Positions 1 to 14,250 of a stretch of 64,000 nt of DNA are shown in pieces (the first letter of the stretch is position 1; every line of letters begins with the position of its first letter). Below the pieces are notes generated by a model that did no database searches, was not told the DNA's origin, and saw only the letters and a list, made by a program, of their open reading frames with translations. The stretch covers positions 62,001 to 126,000 of the forward strand of contig NOWV01000032.1 in NCBI GenBank assembly GCA_003344405.1, in the 5' to 3' direction. Origin of the DNA: Trichoplax sp. H2 (lineage: Eukaryota). The position numbers and the translations under genes were made by a program.

Positions 1-231
1 CACTCCGCAACTAATGCATATCCAATTTTATAGATAGATAAGCGTATATAGCCCCAAAAATTAATTTAGTGTCATTTTATGCATTGCATTCAAAGTTTTC
101 AGTTGAATGTGCAATCAAATACAGTCTATTTTGCTACATTCATAGAATAGCAGTCAATAAACTGTACAGTACATCTATTATGTAGTTAGTATACTTTGCA
201 TTAGACTACAACAAAAAACGAATTGTATACC

Positions 232-2535
232 TCAATCTACTTTACTCATTTTTTCACGAACACCCTTTGATGATGGCTTAATTAAACTTAGCGTTATCAT
301 TATTATTGAAAAAATGTGACCCCAATAATATAAAGAACCACTCACGGTTACTGTATTATCTATATCAAGAAAAATAAATCCTAAGCTGCTATATTCATAC
401 AATCTAATAGCGACAAAATTGGCTACAAAATGAAAGGCTTTGGAGCTGAAGGAACCACGAAAGTATGGCGAAAAAAAGGATAAAAAGCGATCTTGCCCAA
501 GAGTACATAATAGAGTTGTCATAAAACTAAAGTAATAACCAGCACGAATTCCATGCCAAAACGCACTAACGATAAAGAGTAAAACCAACCTGCAATTGAT
601 ATTAATAAGAACGTCAGTGTACAGTATATTTAAAAAAGCATGAAAATAATCTTTCATGTTTGTACTAATGTTTTGCAAAGCAAATATAGTTTTTATCTAT
701 TGTAGTATACCGTATTCTCACTATATTCTTGCTATCTTTGAATTAACTAATACAACCCATAGCGAAATAGATTTTTAAAACATACCTGATAATATCGGGT
801 AAACCTCGCAACCAATAACGGTAAATAAATGCAGATAACCACCACTGAACTGTCATATTCCAATAACGCATGGCTGGTCTTAATGTTGTTCCGGTTTCAA
901 TTTGGTAAATATCAAGATTGTAGACTGTTTCAAAATTATATAGATCATTCTTACTGGTATTATCATCCAATGCAATCGTTGGACCAGCACCAGGACGAGG
1001 TTTAGTAGCCTCAGGATAAGCTCCTAATGTTGCTATGACACAAGCACTTTCAGCTAGTGCCCAACCGATATAAAATCGAAATCGAAATGCAATAAAATGA
1101 ACTAACACATAAAATAATTTATCAAAGATAGTGCTATTATAAAATTCTTCCGATATGATATAAGCTGATCGATAGTTGCCAAGAGATAGTGAGATACCCA
1201 CCAAGATAGGTACCCAACGCAATCTCTTCATTGCTGGCCACAGTACCTCAATCTGTCCTGCGTTTGGATTATCGATCATATCTTTGTAAACACGATATTG
1301 GAAATAAGGACCAGACAATAATCCACAATAGCAATATCCATATGATAAAAAATCGAACAATGAAGGTAAGGATTTGATGGGTAATCCAGGCAACTTGTTT
1401 ACAACCACTGATTCAGTTTTCCTCAAGTGCCAAAAGTGCACATCAAACGCTATACTAGCCATCTACAGCAAAATATATTGTAATTATTGGCAATTTAAGA
1501 ACACATTCTTTAGAATTGCAAATTAAATTTTTAGAATTTTATAACACCAGTTCAGTATAATTAGAATGCCACGCTAACATAGTACCAACGTATCGTTACA
1601 AATTTAAAATCACATCCATTTTACGCTTATGTCGGCATTTACTATTAGCAATTTTTTAACTGTGACGTAGCGGCATTATTACAGAGGATAACACGGCTGA
1701 CGATATATTTATTGGTATATACAGTACTGTAAAACGAGAACTGTTATACATTTTTGAAATTGAAGTACAATACCAGTCTATACACACTACTTTAGTTAGT
1801 TATCTGAAGATAAATAAATCAAGGAAGATTACCAACCGGAATAACGAATAAACGATATGCTCAATGTTGCTAGTATTGTACGGTATGATAACACTTGGCC
1901 AAGGACCTTTGAGCAGTCCCTGTCTCGGCTAATGCTATTGCCTTTTGGCACAAGCTGATTTGCCAACCGTACCTTAATTGTCAGTATTAGCTGTATGGCG
2001 TTAGAATGGTTGCATGGTTTTGGTAAGCCAAAATAATGTGCTATTCGGAAGAATAGTAAATATAAAAACGAATACAAAAATCCTAGCGTATGGCAGTACC
2101 TAGAATGATATTGAAAAGAATCAATTTTAAGTGATATTATAAAGCGTACACTTATTGGTACGATGAAATCATTTCCAACAGTTCAAAAAATTGTTTGAAT
2201 TAACAGCGACTAAGCGTATCTGATCCAAGTGGGTCATATCCCAAATTAAATTGTACTTCATAATTTCTAACTACTGTCGAAAATGTAGCATTAGCCATCT
2301 TTTAGCAAGACTTGTCGACTCACCGATAGGGTGCAAAACGACAGATGATGTAAGTGCCTAGTATAGTGACAAATGAATGAACAACATCGAATCCTATCGT
2401 AGCTATTGCTACGGATAAACCGATGGCAAAAGTCAACCACTGCCGATGGACAGCACTCTGCACATTTTTAATCAAAAAGCCAATAGGTATAGACACCAGA
2501 AGTAATGAAACATAGATAATATCGTCTGGAGACAT
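232..2535 (-). CDS. MBOAT7: Lysophosphatidylinositol acyltransferase (MBOAT7/LPIAT1), 4 exons, about 457 aa
   Basis: Exons 2535-2324, 2099-1973, 1462-786 and 589-232 are joined in frame by GT-AG introns. The N-terminus MSPDDIIYVSLLLVSIPIGFLIK closely resembles vertebrate MBOAT7 (MSPEEWTYLVVLLISIPIGFLFK). MBOAT motifs WNMTVQWWL and SAFWHG (catalytic His) are present, as is LGAYP..KPRPGAGPT. Confidence 0.95.
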
Positions 2536-3991
2536 GACCAATATCGTTTGATCGCCACACCGCTAATCAGGAGTTAATAATATATGATGAACACTAGTAA
2601 AGTACAAAACGTGTCAAAACGCCAGATCAACCGAATTTCGCTACAGCATAGAAGCAACATAAAGTCAAAATGAGTCTTCTCCGTAGTAGAGTACTATGCT
2701 ACTGTTCATAAAACTGATGCAAATTGATCATATACATCTTGTGAATAAGTAAGTTCAAAATTTTGATGTTGTACAGCTGTAGAAAACAGAAATTCTCGAT
2801 GCACTTGCAGGTCAAAACGAAAATCGATATGGTAGCAGACGCTTAATGGGTCGGATGGAGGCGATCGCTAGTTTGAAGAACAGACTCGCAGTATACTGTA
2901 CACATAGTAATATTTAACAACATTAGTAATGCGATGATGACGTTTCAAATGCTCAGTCATTCAGAGACATGGCATTTACTGTTATGCATGCTAAGCTACG
3001 TATGAGACAGTGTATATCACACAGTATAGACCCTAAAACGATGTTTTAATTCAGAGTCTGCACGGTACTGTTCATCTTCTACCGCATCATAACGATTTCC
3101 AGTACCACTGCTCTCATTGATTCTCGTAGGTATAAATGTGTTCCATGAAAACAGATTTCTCAATCAATGCAAAATACGTCAATGTATCTGCCAATTTCAA
3201 CTATGTACACTACGATTCTAATTGTAATTTACTACTAGAACGTTAAAATAGTCTATACAGATACGCATAGTCATAACGAAACGACCTGGCGATACTGCAC
3301 CTTTAGGCCTTTGCATCCAAATAAACCTTGCTACGATAAAGTAAATCTATATTCGTTTAAACAGACGCTTGCTATATTTGGTCAATTTCAATATCTTCAG
3401 AGCGCCATTGCTCTACGTAAAGTTAACTATACATCTTGTCGCAGATGTAAAAGCTTTAATATCTTTCCATGTTAGAACTATACGAAGATGCAAAAATTGA
3501 GCCAGAAGACTGAGCTATAATGGTAATCAATACAGTTTCGGCCAATGGTTATAAAAATATTCTTATAGGTAGTCAACATGTTATAATAAGGTTTCAGGAA
3601 TCAAATAATGATTAATATCTTGCATAATGTGAAAAAGAAACATTCAAATTATGATGAAAAATATTGAGACAATACATAACAAACTATCTTGACAAAATAA
3701 GCATATATATTAATGAACATCATTAATTACGATCCAGGACTGATTAAATAAAATAGTATGATTGAATAATTAAACGTTAATTCTAAAATCAGTTATATTA
3801 TTATTTTCAGCATATGAATAAATAAATTCTTTTCAAATTTATACTGTCAGTACGAAAAATTGAGTCCTTAATACACGATCACACCATGCCCCTAAATAAG
3901 GCCCTTATAATAAAAAATGATACATTTTTTCTCTGCAAGCTTACGCGTACATGTCAAACCACATAAACAATAATAAACCCTTAAGTTATAA

Positions 3992-6900
3992 TCATGCAAT
4001 TGCATTTTCATTCCTTGATAAACACTTAAGTGATTCAGTCTTGCCATATGTTGCTAAATTTGGTTCTGAAGATGGTTCCATTAATGATGCAAGGTCATGA
4101 TTGGAAGTCCCACCTAATGAATGCGATCTAGGTTCAACAGTAAAGTCACATTCTGAATCGAAACTATCACTAGATTCAATCGTATTAAGCATTTCACCAC
4201 CCTGACGAAATAAATCTATACCCACAGGTTGAATAGGTCGTTGATTCAACTTTTTGGGATTATCCACACTTAAGCACGGCTTGAAACTCTGCTGTGATTT
4301 AACCTTTCGTAGTATTTTGCCTTGAGAAGTGTCTGTAGACTTTAAATCATTAACGGAAGATCGTAAATTCATCCCCACAGAGTTCTCAATTCCATTGCTG
4401 ATAAATCCATCAGCTTCAGGGACACAACATTCATTACCGCCATATTCACCTATAGGCTCACCAACTCTTGAAAATACATCATCGCCAGATTGAATTATTT
4501 CTTTATTTTGCTTCAGAAGTTTAATCATCAAGGATTGTAAAGAATCAAAACGCACTACGAGGTCATCTAACCTAATAAGTAATAGTTAAGATGATTCTAT
4601 TCTAGCAAGACGGCAGGGGTAAATATTACTTAAATTACATATTACATATACATGAATTACTTCTGCCTTTGGTCTTTCAGTTCATACTGCACATCGAGTA
4701 TTCTCTCCGTTTGGTCATTGTCAACGGTTGGTACGTCAATTCCATTATTATTTAAAAAACCTCCCGGAGTATAAGGCTCAGGATCCATCTAGTTAATAAA
4801 GTACAACAACTTAATTAAATGTAGAATCTAATACATGTGTACCTAGGATTATAGAAGTTCCAATACTAGTGCAAGCACATCGTAAACGTCATATAAAACG
4901 ATTAAATAAATTACGTATACTCATTGAAAATAATATTCAATATCAATGAATCTTGGTGTCTAGACACGCTTAAACTATCCTGCTGCTGTCATCAATACAA
5001 TTTTATCTAATCTGCATGATAGTGCACTCACTTTCTCCCAGTAAGGACGAGGGAAACATGTCAAGTTAGGAATATGAAACTTTTTCCTTGTAACCAAAGG
5101 TAAAGCCCTTTCCAAGTCATCGAAGTATTCTGCTTGCAAAGCTAAGCGCTCAAGATGGGCTTCTCTTTGTACTTTATTAACATCACCTACAGCCAAACCA
5201 ACCTAAATAACGGATATGAAATAAACAATTATAAGCCTTGTTTAAGTTATGCAGATGGTGAGAATAAATGTAGCCATAAAATACAATTACTTAACCATTT
5301 ACCATTAGATTAATCAACATTACTGGCATGAAGAAAACAAATAACGCAATATTAATTAACAACATCACACTGCGGGGATACGCTATCGTTCCATCTTCTA
5401 TTCTCGGGAACCACACATCAGGCAAGTTGATTTCTCCAACCATCATATCAATGACTCTTACAAAAGCCAAAGGAAGAGTATACATCTCCTTCTGCATCAA
5501 ATATGAACAGGGAAAGCTACTTAAAATGCTGAATTGCCATGTAAAAAGTGCTAATTTTAACAGAAAAATAGTGAATTGACTAACCGACGATGGATCCAAA
5601 AGTGAAAAGCTCATAGCAAAAGCCATAACCAATACCGCTACAATTAATGACACCTTCCATTGCAATTTTTCGCAAAGGGGATTAATTTTAAATTAATATG
5701 AGATACAACCATTGCATCGTTTATAGACCAAATATGGCTACTATTAATTGTATAGCCTAGTCACGAGATATTTTACATTATACTGGTATGTTAAAACAAC
5801 TGAAATATTAGATTGCTATTATTTTATCAAATGATTTCAGTGAAATTAAGTCTATTATGCTAACGTAGAATTGTGATATCATATGCCCCTGTACTAATAT
5901 GATTACGATCCCGTTTCATGTCAAAAGAACAACCGATACAATGATCATACCTTCATTATAGTTAAAAACATTGACTTCAACATTACCACATAAATTCCAA
6001 AAATTTTCATTCTGTCAAAAAATTTCATTCAATTATGTAGTCAATCAAAATTGCTTGCAAATAAAGTGCTTGCTTACCTTTGAATATATTGCAGCAAATT
6101 AATATAGGCAACAAAAACGATTACACTATACATGGTCAGCTTAATGTTGTAGTTCGATCCCAGCAGCAAAGTCGAAACACATATTATGTACAAGAAGTTC
6201 TCAAAATAATTCGATAAATCCCTAAAATATCTCAATCTCTATATGAAGAAAATATTAAGAGTTAAAGGTATTAAGTTTTATATTATAACATCCTAGGATC
6301 GTCCTTCAGTTCGTAATTGTAGTGCATGTACGAAAATAGAACTATCCTTACCTGCAAGTACAACAAATAGGCTTCTTTAACTAAATTTAGTAGACCAAAC
6401 GTGACCACAACTGTGGTAAAGCTTATGCTAAGGTATAAATCCTAAACAGAGTCAAGAAAGAGTAACATTATGAACAACCGCTACATCAATCGTTGAAAGT
6501 ATTGAACTACTAGGGGACCACTCAATCCAAAAAGAATTAGATTTCGATTGAGTTGTCCCTAGTATTAGTCATAGTTCCTTGTACGTATCCATACCGTTTG
6601 TTTGAAGGCAATTTCATTTGCTCTACTGTTATTCATAATGGTAGTATTTAGATCCGTCATGTTATCATTAGGATCTATTGTTACCGTAGAAGCTATATGG
6701 TTGGAATTCGAATTTATGGAGTTATCACTTGGTCTTAATTTAAGACCGATATTTACATCTCGATGAAAATAGTGATCGGCATAAATAGATCGATGATAAA
6801 TAACACAAACGCTGAGTGATGTGATAAACAGTACATAAACAATCAAGTTGAAGAAGTATATGTGCCAACCAAATCGATTCCTATAATTTAATTTATTTGT

Positions 6901-9900
6901 ATCATATAGCAACGATACGTTAGCAACTAATAATAAAATAGAATAGTATGAATCAGCGCGAATAAAATTATATTACCATTTAGCATCCAATAATTTGGTT
7001 GAAAGAGGATGCTTAAGCAATTTCGCTCGCCTAAATTGAACCATCGTCTGATAGCATTCAAATGCATTAATATCGATGCAATGTCAATCACAATAGACTT
7101 CATCACATACAATCGAGAGAAGAAGTACCTACTAATATTTATGTAAGCCTTTTAAATGACTCACCAAAGCATATCTACATTTAATACCACGGTACAGAAA
7201 ATCTATACTTACTATCAGAGCATTTGTGTTAGGAATTTTGCCGTTACTGCAATGTTTAACTTCAACGTCTGGACCAGGATCTATGTATGTAAAGTCATAC
7301 TCCACCTAGTACAAAATTTAACAGGAATATTAAAGACTTGAAAAGAAGGCCATTTGCTAATTGCAAAGCCAGCTAAATTGGCTGCTATTAATATCATGTT
7401 CACCTTTTGTGTTCGTAATTTCATGTTTTCATTCGTTCGTACAACACATGAGTCCATCATCACCTTTTCGAATGCAAAATCGTATCAATAAACGTTATCG
7501 GTGAATTAATTTATCGGTAGTAATATAATCATAATATTCGCTTTTTCAATAATTTCCGCAAACCTTCGCAACAATTGGCAACCTTTTTATCAAATTTTGA
7601 AAAACTGTGTGACCGTTGGTATCAACCTTTTTCAAGATAGCTTTCGCTCTAAAGCAAACGACAACACATACAGTATTATGTAGCAGACCGGCAACCTTAA
7701 CGAAATTCTTTTAATTTGCACTTTATGTATTACTATATAAATTATTAATAAGTATTTACAATGCTAGCTGTAAGCTGCGTTAAGAAATATCGTAAACTAA
7801 TACCTTTTATGTATAACTAGTACCATAGCTACGTCTTCATGATCATTTTCGATTACAATATCCATGCAATCTTTACCATCTCCATCTCTTAACGTGATAT
7901 CTGCTCCATGATCTAGTAACAATTTTACCATTCGTGCATTACCCTTACGAGCAGCTTTATGAATTGGGCATTCCTACGATAATGGTTAAATATCATGACG
8001 GTAAAGTTAAGACGCAAAATAATAGTTTGTATCGAATGTTATATTTACTTCGGAAAGTAGATTAGACTGATATCATACAGTTGTGAATACAAGAAACGCA
8101 ACAGTACCATAAACTTAGCTGAGCTACTTACTCCTCGATAGTCCGCTAAATTTACATTTGCACCAGCGAATACCAGTATTGTTGCTATTTCACAATTTCC
8201 TTTAATAGCAGCAATTTCCAATGGGGTCAGGTAACTACTATCTCTGTAGGTAAAAATAAAGATAATTCAATGTTAATCTAAATTAGTCAAAAGAAAGCGG
8301 CATCCTTAACATAATATATAATTAAATACGGTTTTCAGCATAACGATTAATCTATTACATGTAATCACGAAATAGTAGAACGTCAATAGTAATAGTAGTA
8401 AGTGTTTACAACCTCTTGGGCATAAATACCTCTTTTCAACATCTCCACCAAATTTCAATAACGTTTTAACAACGCTTGCATGTCCAAGAGACACTGCAAC
8501 ATGTAACGGAGACTTCGATCTGTCACCTAAACAATTTAGCAACGATGGATACTTGCGACAAATCAGTTTTACTACTCTAGCATTACCACTCCTAAAACGA
8601 ACAGTCAGTTTATAGTGTCAATATTACAAAGCCAGTAATTTCTTTTACAGATAAAACAATTAAAAATCTGAACGTAGCATTTGTTGATACTTACATGCAA
8701 GCAATATGGAGAGAACTATTATCATCACCGTCATTAATTTCGCCCATAGCATTGGACTTTAATAATACTTCTACAATCTTAGAAGGTAACGTTAAAACAA
8801 AACAGCATTTAATAAAACTTCAAAGGTGCCACTCTATATTCATTAATGTCATAATTGTACATCATAATGCACAATGATTGTGGTATCCTACTTCCAAGTT
8901 TCCCTTCTTAACGGCGTAATGAAGCGGTGTACATTCAAAAGTATCCATATCATTTATGAGACGTAATGCAGTAATCTAAGTTGATAATTGTAACCAAGAG
9001 ATAGGAGTTTGGTTATTCATTGATAGTTAAAATTTAATATTTGTCAATAGAGCAGCAAAAACCATCTTACAGAAAAAGACAGTAGAAGGTTTAACACTTT
9101 TGTATGAGAATTTTCAACGGCAATGTGAAGGCAAGATTTGTTTTGATCATCCACTGCAGTAATGTTAGCGCCGTGATCCAGAAGAAACTTTGTCATTTCC
9201 ATGTGACCCTTGCTGACTGCATACATTAATGAAGTCCTCCTTTTTCGATCGCCATGTCTTATATTAGCACCCTATAGTGGAATTGATCAAATTTGGATTA
9301 AAATTATTGGAACTTTATATAAAGTAAATAAAAACCTCCATTGAAAATTTACAACGCAATTACTATTTTACGACAATATACCGCATCTAATAGAGCCTTT
9401 GCAGCCGTTAAATGTGAATGTGAGGCAGTATAATGCAAAGGAGTCCTATATAAGTCATCTCTAGCTTCAATAGGAGCCCCAAGTAAAATTAATTTTCGCA
9501 CAACATCAGGGTAGCCATTAGCCGCAGCTACATGAAGAGCAGTTAAGCCATCTCTCTAGTTAAGAAAGATATACAATACCATATCATGTCACGCTATTTA
9601 CCTACGGCAGTTAATTGAAGCCTGATAAGAATTTACCTGAATAGCTCTAATATTAGCACCAGATTGTACCAATAGCTGAATAACCTTTAAAGATACAGGT
9701 AATTATAACATTTAAATGCAACTTGAATTTACATAGCTTTTACGATGTTAGCAAGAAAGTAAGAGTTTTGACCTCCTTATGATTTCCTTGAGCAGCTTTA
9801 TGTAGAGGAGTTTGTTGTTGATTATCCATTTCATTGATATGGTCTTTAATATTCAATTTACAACTACCAGCAGCATCAAGCAACATTCGTACAACCTTTG

Positions 9901-11801
9901 CAGCACCCTTTGCTGCAGCATGATGAAAAGCCGTTCCACCATCGATAGATTTCTTCGTTATACTTGAGCCTCGATCAATCTAAATTGACAAGCCAATTAC
10001 CGAAATGATACCTATCTTTACGCTGTTTACTAAATTTATTAATTTTTCAAGCATTTGACACATTGTCTTACCAAAAGCCTACAGACTTCAACTTTATTTC
10101 TCATACAAGCCAAATGTAAAGGGCTTAGAAGATCGTTATCAACTTCATTAACTAGCGACTGATCAATGTGTATCAAGCGCTACAATAACAAAAAATAACT
10201 ATATTTTACTGTTCGAATGTTTCTTTAACTCATCATCTCAACTTTAACATAGTGCACAATATTTTACGGAAATATCTGTTATCTGCACATGCATATTACC
10301 AGATCCATTACCAGATCCATGTATTGGTAAAGTAGATAAGGAGTATAGAAACAAGTATAGGTACATTGTAGCTATGAAAGTGGAATAAACCTTGCAGATA
10401 TCCTCAAAGCCAAGTCTACTGGCTTCATGTAAAGGCGTTTCACCATCCGAATCTTTCAAACTGACAACTGCATTATGTTTAATTAATGTTTCCAATGACA
10501 GAAATGCATTATGCTTGACAGCCATAAATACAGGAGAAGTATTATCGTACCCTCGTATGTTCACATCTGATATAATCAACCATAAATAAGGCATGCGATT
10601 AGGGTTCAAGTAATAACATAATCTACTCATACAGAAATGTTACACCATTGTGTACTTTATCGTAGTAATCGTATAACTTACTTTACCTGACATCAAAGTT
10701 GTAACGCATTAAATTAAATTATCCTAATATAGTATATCATAGTAAACTACTGCACAGTAAACCAGCTGCATTATAGTGTACGGGTTATATATGGATGCGT
10801 AAAATGGTAAGTTAATTTCCACTGTAACATCAACTATAATTTAAGTTGTACCTGCACCATATTTGATCAAGGTTTCGATAATTTCCACTCGATCATATCT
10901 AGCGGCATAATGAAGTGGCGATAAGTCACATTCATCCAGTCGGTTGCATGCATCACTAGTTAGGAGGTAGTTATGTGCAAAATAGTCTTCAATTAAGTCA
11001 ACTCTGCCCAGTTTTGTGGCCTACGAATTTTAAATGATAACGTCCTTACTGTTGTAAATATGCAAAAGGCATCCTACTTTACGAAAAACACGATTACCAT
11101 ACAAAGTGCATATCTTACAGTTAACCAAGTAAATCTTCATAAGTCTGAATTTGACGACTCTTTTAAATATGCAAAGGTATCCTATCTTACGTACAACATC
11201 GCTACCATGCAAATTGCAAATCTTATAATCAACTAAGCTAAATCTTCAAATAATTTACAATAGTCTTTACGGTTATCATTTGCAAGTTGTAAGAGAAGTT
11301 TAGATACTGGTCCAAAAACCTTGACGCGTTATCATCCTTAAAATGTATTATAATCGATTGTAATCCAATATACAGTATACGCTACTGCACTGTACATTAA
11401 GTTAGTAGAAATTTCAGATAGTCATTGAAATAAAGAGCCGTCAACAGAGCAGAACGAGCAACTAGGTGCACGCATAATTTTGTGTGCATCAGGTATGCTA
11501 AAAAGTACTTTTCAATCTACGACTTACAATACTGTACTTAGCAAGACTATGATTTATCCTGGAAGAGATTGGACAGAGATATACTATGCATGAATATTAT
11601 GATAGCTATAAAGGCATTATTATATTATAGCCGAGTTACCAAGAACAAATCGACCCTGTTCAGTGCATGGCTTTTGATTTTGTTAGGTGATAAAATCCCC
11701 TGATCGTCAGTACACTTCTGTGCGGTCTTATTAACGTGTATATCCAAATCATCACTGTTTGCTGGTTGAGAATGGCTCAAACGGCGTTTTATCCGCATCA
11801 T
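3992..11801 (-). CDS. TRPA1: TRPA1-like ankyrin-repeat cation channel, copy A (26 exons, about 1300 aa, long C-terminal tail)
   Basis: Exon 1 11801-11640 (MMRIKRR...DLFL). Exons 2-13 encode about 15-17 ankyrin repeats (SPLHYAA, TPLHEAS, TPLHKAA etc.). Pre-S1 is LLKHPLSTKLLDAKW|NRFGW. The pore/S6 exon 5491-5303 has MMVGEIN...MPVMLINLM, followed by VGLAVGDVNKVQREA as in TRPA1. Last exon 4571-3992. Splice phases are compatible and no internal stops were found. Confidence 0.92.
11055..11248. repeat. Degenerate tandem duplication (period about 109 bp) in intron 1 of TRPA copy A
   Basis: taaatatgcaaa..atccta..ttacg...taccat.caaa.tgca.atctta...aaatcttca occurs at 11055-11139 and again at 11164-11248. 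Confidence 0.6.
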
Positions 11802-13676
11802 TTTCTTCAAATCATGATATAGAGTGAAATAAAATGAATAAGGAACATTAGTGGCGCTCTCGTTTACGGATAACACTGAATAGATTTGTTATTATCATCA
11901 AGCCCAATATACGATTCCTGAGCAAGGCTGGGAAGCAGCGTAAAACGCCGTCGTTTTCAACGGTGCGACTATTCAATGTGAATTGATCCTGCTACCATGG
12001 TACTACCATTCAACTATACGTACTGTAGTTTAACCTACTGTACAGTATATTGACTGCTAGTATATCGAATTTCAAAGAAAAAGAAGATGGATATTCACTA
12101 TTTGAGTCTTTGAATTAAGACTATGTTGAAGGAACACCACTATAGTCCGATGGTTGCGTTGAAAATGTCCCCATGTGAATATACAAGTGTAGATGGTAGC
12201 CGTTTGCAATTGATAATATCGAGCAAGTAATCTATCAACTATAATACATGAATTCATTCATTATTGCAAAACAAAACAGCTAAGATATGAGTACCTACTG
12301 CACTTTATGGTGCTCAATAATAATATAAAAAAGGCAGAGAAACTTTCAAACATGCTATCACGTGCAATCTATCTTTTGCAGCGAAAGCCATGCCATCATC
12401 AACAAAGTCAATCGATGGATGTTGGCTATTCTGAATTCGAAATAATGTCAGATATCAATCAAAACATCCACGAAGAGTTTCTTTCTTAAGGTTAAAATTA
12501 GCAAAGTAACTTGAATTCAGCACTACTATACAGTACCTGTACTTGGACCTTTCCAAGTCGGCACCACTATTAAAAAGACTTTGTAAGTGATGATGCTTGC
12601 TATACTTGTGTAGCTACGTGAAAGTCGAAATGGATGTGTCGAGTCAATTAATTCATACGCAAGGAAAAAATTTCATCAGCAAGCCACGATTGACAGAGAA
12701 AGGAATCCAATATCGTTGTCTTAACTCATCGACGAAGTACTACAAGCCATCATCTTGCTATAAAAATAAAAATGTACCACAGTCATCGATAGCAGAAAGC
12801 CCTAATCCACATCGAGAAAGAGATTAATGAATGAATATTTCGCAAGCGGGCGGTTTTCCAGCTTTTGCAACAGCATGCACAGTACGGTGCAGTACAGTAC
12901 TGTATTGTGTCCTGTCCATGACGGTATTATACCGTATTGAATGTGTCTTGAAGTACCGTACAATAGACGTACAAGAATCACAAAAGGCGTTCTGAATGTC
13001 CTATTGTACCCTCAATGTACAGTACAGTAGTTTAACTAGATACACTACAATGAAAGTTAAAGCTTGGACATTGTACCGCATTGTGACGGGTAAGTGAAAC
13101 CACCAATGCGTACTCACTTATTGGATAATAGAGTACAATGTGATCCATTTTCTTCCTTACATTGGAATAGTAAAAACGAACTAGTGGTAAAACGCTTAAG
13201 AAAGAAAATCGTTATGAGCCTTCGGATATATTAAAATCATGCAATGGCGATCAATTTTGTACAAATTGATGCAAAAATTGTAATATTGAATGGATCGGAT
13301 CCCATCGTACAATGTACTGTCAATGTCTTCCATGAATTTCATAGTCAAGGATACAAGAAAAGAAAAGATTTTTATTGTTAGTATAAAATAGAAGTAGACG
13401 GCATTCGCCATAATGTTGGTGGCCCATCGCACGGTGTGCATGGCTCCAGTTTTTCGATATAATCCAATGAACAGCGTTATTAAACTGTCTAGTTTGCCCA
13501 ATAAATAGTCGTTGACAGTCCTACTTTCTTTCCTTATAGTACTGTACTCGCAAGTTTCACTTAAGCCTCTGAAATGATCGACTGTATCGGGGACTACTGT
13601 ACTAATTTTGAAATAGTCCCTATGGGGATGGAGTCTTTGAACATAGTAGTATTGCCTACTATGCAATTTATGGAGG

Positions 13677-14250
13677 ATATCATGCTATGGCTGCCATTGT
13701 TGAGGAAAAGTCAAGAATAATTGTAGAACCACCAACTACTAAACCCTCCTTCCGTACAACAACGTATAGTCATGGACTCCTAAAAACTTACAATATTTTT
13801 ACGAGTCCGTGCTACATAGAATGTGGGACTGTCAATTGGTAATGACTAATCTTCGCAATGTAGAAATTACAGTACTTGTTGTAGTGGATCTTCAGGTTAG
13901 CCCGTGATACCTTGTATAAAATGCAGCTCACGCTTTCCTACTAGTTAATTGATTTGATTGAAGCTTAAAAGTCGTCGGATTCTCCTTTTATAAGATTCTT
14001 GCTGTAACAGTGAACTGATCGTTTTGTATTATAGCAATGGTAATGACTAATCTTCGCTTTGTAGAAACGACAGTACTTGTTGTAGTGGATCTTCAGGTTA
14101 GCCCGTGATACCTTGCATAAAATGTAGCTCACGCTTTCCTACTAGTTAATTGACTTGATTGAAGCTTAAAAGTTGTCGGACTCTCCTTTTATAAGATTCT
14201 TGCTGTAACAGTAAACGGATTGTTTTGTATCATAGCAATATCATGCTATG
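13677..14250. mobile_element. Putative non-autonomous insertion flanked by 13-bp direct repeats
   Basis: atatcatgctatg occurs at 13677-13689 and 14238-14250. The interval holds an imperfect hairpin (13767-13814) and a 2x201-bp tandem repeat. No transposase or reverse transcriptase coding is seen. Confidence 0.35.
13837..14238. repeat. Direct tandem repeat, 2 x 201 bp, about 93% identical
   Basis: The unit tggtaatgactaatcttcgc...gttttgtat(t/c)atagcaa occurs at 13837-14037 and 14038-14238, with about 13 substitutions counted by eye and no indels. Confidence 0.95.

Noticed and set aside
10296..10320. Micro tandem duplications (ttaccagatcca x2; similar at about 49100 and 60345)
   Set aside because: Ordinary slippage repeats in introns, not CRISPR-like and without evident function.
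12481..12827. LGPFQV and ...RLTEKGIQYRC resembling a Gypsy integrase GPF motif or chromodomain
   Set aside because: Matches are only a few residues, interrupted by stops, with no integrase or reverse transcriptase core nearby.
13880..14110. CTGAAGA on the minus strand of the 201-bp repeat as a hammerhead ribozyme core
   Set aside because: No stem II and no correctly placed GAAA follows it.
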